This document shows positions 1 through 8,813 of a stretch of DNA of 57,200 nt, piece by piece. Each line of letters starts with the position of its first letter. The first letter of the stretch is position 1. Source of the DNA: a virus (lineage: Duplodnaviria > Caudoviricetes). The notes below the pieces were generated by a model. It made no database searches and was not told the DNA's origin. It worked only from the letters and a program-made list of their open reading frames with translations. A program made the position numbers and the translations under genes. The stretch spans positions 1 to 57,200 of IMG/VR virus record IMGVR_UViG_3300046804_002082; one strand, 5' to 3'.

Positions 1-1
1 T

Positions 2-277
2 AAGCCAAAAGCTGACGAAATTAATGGTTATAATGATGTTATATTAGCTGCAATATGGAAATATATTGGCACTGATGAATACAATAGAAGTGCTGAATAT
101 TTGGAAACATCTTTTTTTAGATTAAATGCAGACAATACATTTGTCCCTTATGATGAAATAACGGATGAGATTGTTATATCTTGGATACTACCAACCATTA
201 ATTTAACTCAAATTGAAAATTATATAGCTAGTAAATTGCCAGCTATTGATATTAAACCAGAAGATAAAAAAGCTTAA
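2..277 (+). CDS. 5'-truncated small protein, probable tail-fibre-associated chaperone
   Basis: Hand-translated open frame KPKADEING...FVPYDEITDEIVISW...KKA* ending TAA at 275-277. It lies directly upstream of a tail fibre gene. Confidence 0.6.
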   Translation, partial: KPKADEINGYNDVILAAIWKYIGTDEYNRSAEYLETSFFRLNADNTFVPYDEITDEIVISWILPTINLTQIENYIASKLPAIDIKPEDKKA

Positions 278-278
278 T

Positions 279-2228
279 ATGGCACAAATACTTGATAATA
301 TAGTTTCAATAATGATGGTTGACAATGCTGGGGCAGTAGTTTCTGTGCCAGTAAATGACCTATTTGCTTCAACTCAAATATTACAATCTGACGCGACAAA
401 ATCCACTTCAAATGTTACTAACGTAACAACAAATGTTACCAATACTACATCTGAGTCGGTAGTAAGCCTTGAAATAGAAGCTGATTCATCTTATCTGCCA
501 ATTGTAAATTCATTAAAAGATAATCTTATCAATTCCATTGCTTATCAGACAAATGGCAAAATTGGTCTTAATACAAAATCTCCAAAGTATATTCTTGATG
601 CAAAAGGAGATAGTATTAATGTCACCGCTTCAAAAGTTGCTGATGGATTTAGAATATCAGGTAATTTAATGCTTTCTATAGACCCAACTTTATTAAGAAT
701 ATATGTTGGAGATTCAAAAGTGAAAGATGTTTCTATTGATACCTTATATTTATCAGGTCTTGCTTTAACGCCAGCAGCAACATACAATAAAATACTTCAA
801 GTTCAGCCAGACGGAAAAGTTATTCCTTATGTAGTGCCAGCTATAAATTCAATTATTTTTAGTGATGGAGACAAGCTAGTTGGAGATGCTACAAAGTTAT
901 CTTGGAATGCATCTACAAGTGTATTAAATGTAACTGGATATGCAAAAGCAAGTACAGGTGTATATACTGCTGCTATTGGAGAATATACTTCTGGCGGAGG
1001 CGTAAATGCAATAAACACTTGGACGTTCTCATCAAATGTAATTATACCGACTGTTCCAACAAATCCTAATCACGCAGCATCAAAAGATTATGTAGATAAT
1101 ACAGCTTTAACAGGATTAAAACTTGGAGCTTCCGTATTAACAGTTTCTGTGTCAAATATTGGATTGAGCGGACTTTCTACTGTTAATGGATATACTCCTT
1201 CATCTGGGGACAGAATACTCGTTATAGGGCAAACAAATGCTACTCAGAATGGTGTATATATTGCAAGTGCATCAGGTTGGTCAAGGGCAACTGATTCTGA
1301 TTCAGATGCAGAATTACGTGGATATCAATATTTAGTTACAGCAGGTTCAAACGCAAATTACAGATATGGCAACACAAATCAATCTGCAATATCAGTAGGC
1401 TCAACAAATATCACTTATCAAACTATCTCAGCAGGTGAAACAGACCCAATATTTACAGCTTCTCCATCATTTGGAATTACAAATACTAACATTACTAGCT
1501 GGACAACTGCTTATAACAGGTCTCCTGTATCTTTGGGCTTTTCGGGAACATCTACTAAAACGCTCACACTAACAAAGCAAGATGGAACGACATTAACAGC
1601 TTCATTTGGATTAACAACTTCTGATACAGCAGAAGGCTCAAATTTATATTATACAGATGCTAGGGCAAGAGGTGCAATTAGTTTGACAACATCAGGGACT
1701 TCTGGAGCGGCAAGTTACAATTCATCAACTGGCGTATTAAATATTCCTCAATATCAAGGAGGAGTTACATCTATTACGGCTGGAACGGGTATATCTGTTA
1801 ATACATCAACTGGTTCGGTAACTATTACAAATACTATTACAAATACCAATCAGCTAACAAATGGTGCAGGGTTTTTAACTTCAGAATCTGATACACTACA
1901 AACAGTAACTAATAGAGGGAATGTTACTACTACATCAATTACCGCTTCTTCATTCTTTGAGCAATCTGATGTTAGATACAAAAATATATTAGGCGAAAAT
2001 CCTGACATAGATGTTTCTGGGGTTGATGTAATTAAATATATGCGTACTACTTATGATAAAGATAAAATTAGATACGGATACTCAGCTCAGCAAGTATTTG
2101 ATATTGTACCCGAATTAGTCAATAACGATGGGATATCATTAAGTGTAAACTACACTGACTTACACACATTAAAGATTGCGCAATTAGAAAGAAGAGTAGC
2201 AGAATTAGAGGCTAAACTAGGTTTATAA
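279..2228 (+). CDS. Tail fibre protein with C-terminal intramolecular chaperone (peptidase S74-like) domain
   Basis: Ser/Thr/Gly-rich. Fibre motifs AASKDYVD, GDRILVIGQTNATQNGVY and EGSNLYYTDARAR. C-terminal SDVRYKNI...YGYSAQQV...PELV followed by a coiled coil. ATG 279 preferred over TTG 246. Confidence 0.85.
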   Translation: MAQILDNIVSIMMVDNAGAVVSVPVNDLFASTQILQSDATKSTSNVTNVTTNVTNTTSESVVSLEIEADSSYLPIVNSLKDNLINSIAYQTNGKIGLNTKSPKYILDAKGDSINVTASKVADGFRISGNLMLSIDPTLLRIYVGDSKVKDVSIDTLYLSGLALTPAATYNKILQVQPDGKVIPYVVPAINSIIFSDGDKLVGDATKLSWNASTSVLNVTGYAKASTGVYTAAIGEYTSGGGVNAINTWTFSSNVIIPTVPTNPNHAASKDYVDNTALTGLKLGASVLTVSVSNIGLSGLSTVNGYTPSSGDRILVIGQTNATQNGVYIASASGWSRATDSDSDAELRGYQYLVTAGSNANYRYGNTNQSAISVGSTNITYQTISAGETDPIFTASPSFGITNTNITSWTTAYNRSPVSLGFSGTSTKTLTLTKQDGTTLTASFGLTTSDTAEGSNLYYTDARARGAISLTTSGTSGAASYNSSTGVLNIPQYQGGVTSITAGTGISVNTSTGSVTITNTITNTNQLTNGAGFLTSESDTLQTVTNRGNVTTTSITASSFFEQSDVRYKNILGENPDIDVSGVDVIKYMRTTYDKDKIRYGYSAQQVFDIVPELVNNDGISLSVNYTDLHTLKIAQLERRVAELEAKLGL

Positions 2229-4066
2229 TGTCCGTTTGGAGTAGCATAGCAAATAACGAAATAGTAACAGATACAGACTTAGCAGAAGCTGTGATTGCTG
2301 GGATATTTGTCGCAAAGACATCTATTCCACAAACAAATAAGGCTTTGACTAAATCAAGAGCAATCTCTTATGTATATCTTAATCAATCCAATTCGACGTA
2401 CGCTCCAAAGGCTAATAACCAATTAGTTGCTAAAAGAGATTTACAAAATCCAACTCCAACATTAGTTGCTCAAGGAACAAACACCTGTGTAGGATGCTCA
2501 GATTATCCAGTTTACAAAGATACTAATACGGATTCTTCAACATATAATCAATATTATGTTAATGGATTTCCTGTCGGAACAACTGCTCCTGCTCCAGCTT
2601 GTAATTATTCTGCTAGTTATGTAATTGAAGTAGGTACTAAATGTATTGGCTGTGTAAACTATTCAGTATTCAAAAATAATAATACTTGTTTTACAGGAGA
2701 CCAATATACAGTTAATGGCGTTACTTATGTTGATAATCCATCAACTGGAGGATGTAACTATAATGCAGACTATTCTATTGAAAATGGTACTTTATGTTCA
2801 GGATGCACAAATTACACCATATATAGAAATGCTAATTCTTGCTTTACAGGAAATCAATACATTGCCAATGGCGTTATTTATCCCGCTAATCCAAATACAG
2901 GAAATTGCAATACTGCTGCATCTTATACTAGTGCTGTAGGTTATTATTGCAATGGATGTACAACATATACTGTTTATCAAAATACAAATTCTTGCTTCTT
3001 AGGAAATCAGTTCTTTTTGAATGGCATTTCTTATTCAACAAATCCTTCAACTAGCGCTTGTAACACATCTGCTGTTTATGATATTCTTGTTGGGAATAGA
3101 TGTGTAAGTTGCACAAATAGAGCAGTTTACAAAAATAGTAATCCTTGTTTTGGTGGTAATCAATATTATACACCATATAATGGGCAAACTTGGGTATCAG
3201 ACCCAACTACAACTGATTGTCAATTTTCAGCAAACTATAATATAGCAATTGGTTCAAGATGTATTGGATGTACAACTTATACTGTTTACCAAAATTCTAA
3301 TATATGTTATTCTGGAGACCAATATATTGTTAATGGTACTACGTATTCTACAAATCCATCAACAGGAGATTGTAGTCCAAATCCAAACTATAATAGTATT
3401 GTGGGCTATATGTGCATTAGTTGCACCACATATACTGTTTATGGTAATACAAACTCTTGCTATTTAGGAAACCAATACTATACATCATATAATGGCGGAA
3501 CTACATATTCCACAAATCCTAGTACAACATCTTGTTTATCAACTCCAAATATTCAGAACACGGGTTTTCAAACTTGTTCAGGATGTACAACGTATTATAT
3601 ATACAGAGACCAAAATCCTTGCTCATCTACATTCAATCATTATTTTGTTAATTTCGTAGATGTTGGATTAAGTGTTCCTCCTACTGGAGCTTGCTCTACA
3701 GGGCAAAATATTGTATATCAAGGATATAATACTTGCGTTAGCTGCATATCATACGGGGTGTATAAGGATATAAATTCTTGCTCATCTACTTATAATAACT
3801 ATTTTGTAAATGGTTCTAATGTTGGAACTGCCGCACCATCATCAGCTAATTGCAATTGTTGTGAAGAAATATCTGCTTCAAATAATACTGGCGTAGAGCA
3901 GTATATTGAATGGCTTCCTTGTACAGCAAGTAGCAATACTAGTTATTGGCTTCAAGATGGAGAAACAATATATTTTTGTAGAAATACAAATGCTTCTTTT
4001 AATGTAAGTGGATTAAGTTATTCGACTGGCGGAGTTTGTTCTTACAATGGATATAGTGTTGTATAG
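2228..4066 (+). CDS. Cys-rich tandem-repeat protein, probable tail fibre/adhesin component
   Basis: Nine ~51-54 aa repeats of pattern CxxC-x2-Y-x-VY-x5-C...NQY..NG...P....C. TAATG overlap with the tail fibre gene. Confidence 0.7.
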   Translation: MSVWSSIANNEIVTDTDLAEAVIAGIFVAKTSIPQTNKALTKSRAISYVYLNQSNSTYAPKANNQLVAKRDLQNPTPTLVAQGTNTCVGCSDYPVYKDTNTDSSTYNQYYVNGFPVGTTAPAPACNYSASYVIEVGTKCIGCVNYSVFKNNNTCFTGDQYTVNGVTYVDNPSTGGCNYNADYSIENGTLCSGCTNYTIYRNANSCFTGNQYIANGVIYPANPNTGNCNTAASYTSAVGYYCNGCTTYTVYQNTNSCFLGNQFFLNGISYSTNPSTSACNTSAVYDILVGNRCVSCTNRAVYKNSNPCFGGNQYYTPYNGQTWVSDPTTTDCQFSANYNIAIGSRCIGCTTYTVYQNSNICYSGDQYIVNGTTYSTNPSTGDCSPNPNYNSIVGYMCISCTTYTVYGNTNSCYLGNQYYTSYNGGTTYSTNPSTTSCLSTPNIQNTGFQTCSGCTTYYIYRDQNPCSSTFNHYFVNFVDVGLSVPPTGACSTGQNIVYQGYNTCVSCISYGVYKDINSCSSTYNNYFVNGSNVGTAAPSSANCNCCEEISASNNTGVEQYIEWLPCTASSNTSYWLQDGETIYFCRNTNASFNVSGLSYSTGGVCSYNGYSVV

Positions 4067-4083
4067 ATATTAATAAAATATTG

Positions 4084-4091
4084 TATATTTG
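4084..4091 (+). promoter_or_regulatory. Bacteroidota sigma-A -7 element
   Basis: Intergenic TATATTTG 20 nt before ATG 4112. Confidence 0.65.
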
Positions 4092-4111
4092 TGAAAACCA
4101 AACAATACTCA

Positions 4112-4375
4112 ATGAACAAATTTCTAACTATTATTAAGGCTTGGGGAACGGCTATGTTCCATACAGAAGAGCAAAAGAAGCTAGCGGAAACAAGAATGAC
4201 TATCTGCGAGGCTTGTCCATCACTACAGGAAGTAGATGTTAAATCAGTTACAGGCTCAATTGTAAATAATTATTTTCAATGCGGAGCGTGCGGATGCCCA
4301 ATTGCTGCAAAAATTTATACATCAGCAGATGCGCCTAGAGAACAAAAATGTCCACAAGGTAAGTGGGAAAATTAA
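4112..4375 (+). CDS. Small Cys-rich metal-binding protein (DUF6171-like)
   Basis: R..ICEACP...CGACGCPIAAK...CPQGKW pattern. The ATG follows a promoter and an AACCAAACAA leader. Confidence 0.7.
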   Translation: MNKFLTIIKAWGTAMFHTEEQKKLAETRMTICEACPSLQEVDVKSVTGSIVNNYFQCGACGCPIAAKIYTSADAPREQKCPQGKWEN

Positions 4376-4398
4376 TATCACCTTAATCAAACAAAAAA

Positions 4399-4827
4399 AT
4401 GGCAAAAATTGAACTTACATTAGCAGAAATCTTAACATTAGAAGCTGAATTAAATGGATTTGTAAACCAACAAACAGGAGAAAAAGTGTTAGATGGTTTA
4501 TTGAAACAAAAACTTACTTTGGGAGCAAAGTATAGATTAACTAAATTATCAGAAGAATTAAAAGCCGAAAAAGCTATTCTTGATGGATTGCGCGATGATT
4601 TAATTAAGGAATATGGAGAAGAGAACGATGGAATGGTTTCTATTAATGCATTTGAAGACGAGGAGCGGACTAAAATTAATCCTAAGTTTATTGAATTTCA
4701 GGATAAATATGGCGAACTTTTGTTAGAGAAAAAGGAAATTAATTATTCTCCATTATCATTAAAAGATGTTGAGGATATTTCTAGTGAAGATAATTACACA
4801 ATATTATTCAAACTAATAGAAGAATAA
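4399..4827 (+). CDS. Helical protein, possible tail assembly chaperone (DUF1617-like)
   Basis: Acidic helical ORF with YRLTKL...RDDLIKEYG motif, next to tail fibre genes. Confidence 0.55.
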   Translation: MAKIELTLAEILTLEAELNGFVNQQTGEKVLDGLLKQKLTLGAKYRLTKLSEELKAEKAILDGLRDDLIKEYGEENDGMVSINAFEDEERTKINPKFIEFQDKYGELLLEKKEINYSPLSLKDVEDISSEDNYTILFKLIEE

Positions 4828-4961
4828 TGACAGACAGCCAGTTAATTTTGCTGGGAGTAGTTATAGGGGCGATAGAGTTAAGCTTTGTCGCCTTTTTAAC
4901 TTATCTTATTTGGCAGAAGCGCAAAGATTTAGATATTACTTATAAGAAGATTTTGCGATAA
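4827..4961 (+). CDS. 44-aa membrane peptide
   Basis: Hand-translated MTDSQLILLGVVIGAIELSFVAFLTYLIWQKRK..., TAATG-coupled to the previous gene. Confidence 0.55.
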   Translation: MTDSQLILLGVVIGAIELSFVAFLTYLIWQKRKDLDITYKKILR

Positions 4962-5000
4962 ATTAATTATCGGTTATCTTTACTAGGTAATATTTAAACA

Positions 5001-5195
5001 ATGAATGAACATCATTATAGCGAAGGTATAGCTAATATCACAATAGCGATTTTAGGTGCAGTTATTTCAATTGCCAATATTCAAGCAGTAGTGAGTATAG
5101 TTGCAGGAACAGTAGCAATTATATCAGGTATTTCAGCTGCGCGATATTACATTCTACAGGGAAATGAAATCATCAAAAAGAGAAAGAAGTCTTAA
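5001..5195 (+). CDS. Small membrane protein, holin/antiholin candidate
   Basis: Long hydrophobic stretch and a basic C-terminus, upstream of the endolysin. Confidence 0.6.
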   Translation: MNEHHYSEGIANITIAILGAVISIANIQAVVSIVAGTVAIISGISAARYYILQGNEIIKKRKKS

Positions 5196-5499
5196 AGATT
5201 TCATCTCATATAACAATCAGTATTCCCATACACGCCTCATATCTCTTGTAGGCTCATTAATTGTCTTTATTATGTTTATCTTGAATCCGTTAAACGACGG
5301 ACTTCAAAATATTGTACTTGGAATATTAGCGGCTTCATTAACAAACGCAACAATAAGTAAATTTTCAAACGAATCTAAACAAACAGAATATGGTGACGAG
5401 TCAACAGGCGCTGAAGAAATATGGTCAGCCGAGTCCGAGCAACCCGAACCTAGTCCTATGGGACGTTCCAGCAGAACTAGAAATCGGAGTAATTCCTAA
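5164..5499 (+). CDS. Two-TM holin candidate
   Basis: SHTRL followed by two hydrophobic helices. Overlaps the endolysin start. Confidence 0.6.
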   Translation: MKSSKRERSLKDFISYNNQYSHTRLISLVGSLIVFIMFILNPLNDGLQNIVLGILAASLTNATISKFSNESKQTEYGDESTGAEEIWSAESEQPEPSPMGRSSRTRNRSNS

Positions 5500-5809
5500 A
5501 AGAATCTATTGTAACAAAGATATGGTTGCACCACTAACGGCTGCATTCAAAGCTCTTATATCTACAGGATGTGTTACAGAACTTAAAACTTGGGATGGGT
5601 GTTTTAATATTAGAAAAAAACGTGGTTTAGCATCTATGAGTCTCCACTCTTGGGCGATTGCTATTGATGTTAACGCCTTTGAAAATGGATTGAATCAAAC
5701 GCCTAAGTTATCTAAACTTTTTGTGTCTTGCTTTACAAATAATGGATTTGACTGGGGTGGTACTTGGACAAGAAAAGACGGTATGCATTTTCAATTATCA
5801 AAGATATGA
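5390..5809 (+). CDS. Endolysin, peptidase M15 family (L-Ala-D-Glu/D-Ala-D-Ala type)
   Basis: R...SLHSWAIAIDVN and WGG.W...DGMHFQ zinc-ligand motifs. Confidence 0.9.
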   Translation: MVTSQQALKKYGQPSPSNPNLVLWDVPAELEIGVIPKRIYCNKDMVAPLTAAFKALISTGCVTELKTWDGCFNIRKKRGLASMSLHSWAIAIDVNAFENGLNQTPKLSKLFVSCFTNNGFDWGGTWTRKDGMHFQLSKI

Positions 5810-6261
5810 GGTATTTAATTGTAATAATCGCCGCATTTTTGCTGCTATTAGTTTCTTGTAAACGACCACAGAGTACGTACTCTTCTAAGGAAACTGTACG
5901 TATAGATACGTTTTTTCGCTATAAAGAAGTTATCAAAACACTTCCACAGAAAGATTCAATTGTTATTTTTAACCCTTGCGATAGTTTAGGTATTATTAAT
6001 CGATTCTACGCTCAAATATCAATCCCAAATGGCAAAGTTGAAATACAAAGTAAAGGAAATAAGATTATGGCAACTGTTAGGAGTAATGGTTTTACGTCGT
6101 CGATGGACTCCGTACAAGTCAGTTCAACTAAGAAAGATTCTACTACGGTGGAAAAAGTCATTGTAAAAAATATTATACCTTCGTGGATAATTATAGTTCT
6201 ATTTATTGAAACTATGATTATTTTGCTTTACCTTTATTTCAAGTTAATATATCCTAAATAA
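5806..6261 (+). CDS. Lipoprotein with C-terminal TM helix, unimolecular spanin candidate
   Basis: MRYLIVIIAAFLLLLVSC lipoprotein signal plus C-terminal TM WIIIVLFIETMIILLYLYF. ATGA overlap with the endolysin. Confidence 0.7.
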   Translation: MRYLIVIIAAFLLLLVSCKRPQSTYSSKETVRIDTFFRYKEVIKTLPQKDSIVIFNPCDSLGIINRFYAQISIPNGKVEIQSKGNKIMATVRSNGFTSSMDSVQVSSTKKDSTTVEKVIVKNIIPSWIIIVLFIETMIILLYLYFKLIYPK

Positions 6262-6398
6262 TGGCAAAAGCAATTGCAACAGCAAATTTTAAACCAAAGG
6301 CTAAAAAAAGCAATAAAGGGGTTCACGCTAAGACAAAGTCATCGTCATCAAAGAACTCCAAAAACTATAAAAAGCCCTACAAGGGACAAGGAAAATAA
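6261..6398 (+). CDS. 45-aa highly basic peptide
   Basis: Hand-translated MAKAIATANFKPKAKKSNKGVHAK...KKPYKGQGK. TAATG-coupled on both sides. Confidence 0.7.
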   Translation: MAKAIATANFKPKAKKSNKGVHAKTKSSSSKNSKNYKKPYKGQGK

Positions 6399-6574
6399 TG
6401 GAAGCAACGAATAACTTGTCATTAGCTTTTATCCAACAGCAAGAATTGGCTATTGAAGATAGATTGCAATTATTACTTGATACGCTTGAAGCTATTAAGG
6501 ATTCATCAGCGCCGACATTTGAACTTCAACTTAAAATTATATCTAAGATTGAAGATTTAATAGACGAACTTTAA
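6398..6574 (+). CDS. 58-aa acidic helical protein
   Basis: Hand-translated MEATNNLSLAF...LIDEL*, followed by a terminator. Confidence 0.6.
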   Translation: MEATNNLSLAFIQQQELAIEDRLQLLLDTLEAIKDSSAPTFELQLKIISKIEDLIDEL

Positions 6575-6599
6575 TTGTTGTTTAGTTTGTTTTGTTTAA

Positions 6600-6635
6600 G
6601 AACCCCTGACCAAAAATAGTCGGGGGTTTCTTTTT
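6600..6635 (+). terminator. Intrinsic terminator
   Basis: ACCCCTGAC/GTCGGGGGT stem followed by TTCTTTTT. Confidence 0.8.
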
Positions 6636-6658
6636 AAATAATTCTTAATTATTTTTTC

Positions 6659-6666
6659 TATCTTTG
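6659..6666 (+). promoter_or_regulatory. Bacteroidota sigma-A -7 element
   Basis: TATCTTTG after a terminator, before the tail operon. Confidence 0.7.
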
Positions 6667-6689
6667 ATACAAAATAAATCATTCATAGG

Positions 6690-7379
6690 ATGGCTATATT
6701 AATAAAAGATGCGCACGATTTTATTCGGATGCAAATCAAAAAGAATAAGATGGGCTTTATCTCTCCAGAGGATATTGACCGCGCTATTAATCGTGGTGTA
6801 TCTGACTGGATGAGTGCCGTTGTATATAAGTATAAAAAAACGGGGAAGTATTCATACGACCATTTATTTGTTAAAAGAAAAGACTATACAGTAACTAGCT
6901 CTAATGCTGGGTTAATGGATATGCCAACAGATTATACTGAGGCACTTACTGTTTACGTTATGAATAATGGTGTTTTAACTGAGGGTACTATTTATTCTTG
7001 GGATGAATTTTTAGAGATTCAAAATAGTAATATTTTAGCGCCAACTTTAGCTTATCCTGCCGCTACAATTTATGTTTCGGAGACGGGAACTGCAAAGATT
7101 CAATTCAAACCTACACCACTTTCTGCTGGGACTAATTATACATTTACACTAGTATATATGAGAAAGCCAGCAGCAGGTGTTTATAAATATTCGGTGTCTC
7201 CTACAACAGGAACTATTAAGTATGAAACATCTGGTTCTGTAGACTTAGATATTGACGACAGATATTTTTCAGATATCTTAACTCGCGCACTAATGTACTT
7301 AGGTATTAGTTTGCACGATGCAGATACGACGTCAACAGAACAAATTAAAGACAATAATCAAAAAGTTGACGAGCGATAA
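6690..7379 (+). CDS. Tail tubular/ring (head-tail connector) protein
   Basis: N-terminal helices, ISPEDIDRAIN and YMRKP motifs typical of podoviral tail ring proteins. Consistent gene position. Confidence 0.65.
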   Translation: MAILIKDAHDFIRMQIKKNKMGFISPEDIDRAINRGVSDWMSAVVYKYKKTGKYSYDHLFVKRKDYTVTSSNAGLMDMPTDYTEALTVYVMNNGVLTEGTIYSWDEFLEIQNSNILAPTLAYPAATIYVSETGTAKIQFKPTPLSAGTNYTFTLVYMRKPAAGVYKYSVSPTTGTIKYETSGSVDLDIDDRYFSDILTRALMYLGISLHDADTTSTEQIKDNNQKVDER

Positions 7380-8023
7380 TGACAACTAAGAATATACTTG
7401 CCGAGCAGATACAAAGATTGTACGCTCGTTTTATTGATAAGGATAACGTATCTGACGTAATTGATTTGCGTGAAGTTAAGTTGTTGCTTGTTCAATCAAT
7501 CAATAAAATATTAAAACTACAAGTAGCTGAATCATTTAAGGCTGGTCAGGTTGACGTGCCTAAGTGTAACTTACTTGAATACACTTGTGCTGTGACATCG
7601 GATTCGGGCAATAATCGCTCATACATCACGTTGCCTGCAATTCCATTAACTCTTCCTTTGGATATGGGTATATGGTCTATTGCCGCTTCCAATGCCGCTT
7701 TAACCCCGTATATTCCAATTCCAGCACAAGACATCATTGTATTTCAAGGAACAAATGTTTCAGCTCTTGAACAGCAGGTAGGATATTACGTTCAAGGCAA
7801 AAAGATTTATTTTACAAAAGATATTACGTTATCAGCAAACGGCTCGATAACATCTGTAATTGTTAATCTACTTGTTTCCGACTTTAACCAAATTGGAGAT
7901 AATGACTTGTTGCCTATTTCCCCAGAAGTAGAAGCGGTTGTTATTGAAGATGTATTAAATGCAATTAGCGGAGGCAAGGTAGCTCAAATTGAATTACAGA
8001 CTAAACAAAGTCAGCAGCAATAA
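7379..8023 (+). CDS. Tail ring/structural protein
   Basis: TAATG-coupled within the tail operon. Size and position match crAss-like ring proteins. Confidence 0.55.
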   Translation: MTTKNILAEQIQRLYARFIDKDNVSDVIDLREVKLLLVQSINKILKLQVAESFKAGQVDVPKCNLLEYTCAVTSDSGNNRSYITLPAIPLTLPLDMGIWSIAASNAALTPYIPIPAQDIIVFQGTNVSALEQQVGYYVQGKKIYFTKDITLSANGSITSVIVNLLVSDFNQIGDNDLLPISPEVEAVVIEDVLNAISGGKVAQIELQTKQSQQQ

Positions 8024-8781
8024 TGAAAACTAAATCATTAAATACCATAGTAAGAGAGGCGTTGTTAGACAATAATCTCCCTTTGCATTATTACTCAAGA
8101 TACTTGCATCACGGTTTACGTATTGTAGACGAATTGTCTATGGACTTTGATATGGGTAATATCAAAATGGTAGAACTTGATGTAACTTCTTATCAGCGCG
8201 CTATCTTGCCGTCTGACTTTGTTGATTTTATTGATGTGTCTGCTAAGCACGGAGAGCGTTTACTTCCTATGGAAAGAGAGCGTACTCTTAACAAGAACTA
8301 CAACTACGATGACGCAGGAAATAAAATTCCTTACGAATCTTCTATTAGCATTAACTATGATGCAGAGATTAACTATAATTTAATTTCTGGTAGCAATAAT
8401 ATGAATACACGTGGAGAACTTGTTGGTCGTTATTATGGACGCAAGCGTTTCCCTAAGTTGACATTTGATATTGACACAAAGAATCAAGAGATTGTATTTA
8501 GTAATGGAATGATTTTGACTAAGGTTACTTTAGTCTATATGACTTCAGCAGTATCTCGCTCTTCGGCAAACGTAGTTACGCCTTACGCAACAGATGTTGT
8601 GGTAAACTACATTAATATGATGGCGGCTAAGGCAGAAGATACAACATTGGGCAAATTCCAATTAGCAAAACAAGAGTTTGAGAACTCACGCAGAAAGTTC
8701 CGTGCTAGAATGAATGCTATGGATTACGCTGAAATTATCGGTGCAATCAGAAATGGTATTTACGGAAGCGTTAAGAACTAA
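8023..8781 (+). CDS. Tail tubular/ring protein
   Basis: LPSDFVDFIDV motif. Lies immediately before the large beta-rich tail protein. Confidence 0.6.
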   Translation: MKTKSLNTIVREALLDNNLPLHYYSRYLHHGLRIVDELSMDFDMGNIKMVELDVTSYQRAILPSDFVDFIDVSAKHGERLLPMERERTLNKNYNYDDAGNKIPYESSISINYDAEINYNLISGSNNMNTRGELVGRYYGRKRFPKLTFDIDTKNQEIVFSNGMILTKVTLVYMTSAVSRSSANVVTPYATDVVVNYINMMAAKAEDTTLGKFQLAKQEFENSRRKFRARMNAMDYAEIIGAIRNGIYGSVKN

Positions 8782-8813
8782 CATTTAACAAGGCTCATTT
8801 TAACAATTAACAA

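Noticed and set aside
2228-4066. Diversity-generating retroelement target
   Set aside because: No reverse transcriptase or adenine-specific template/variable repeat pair was seen. The repeats are diverged at the protein level.
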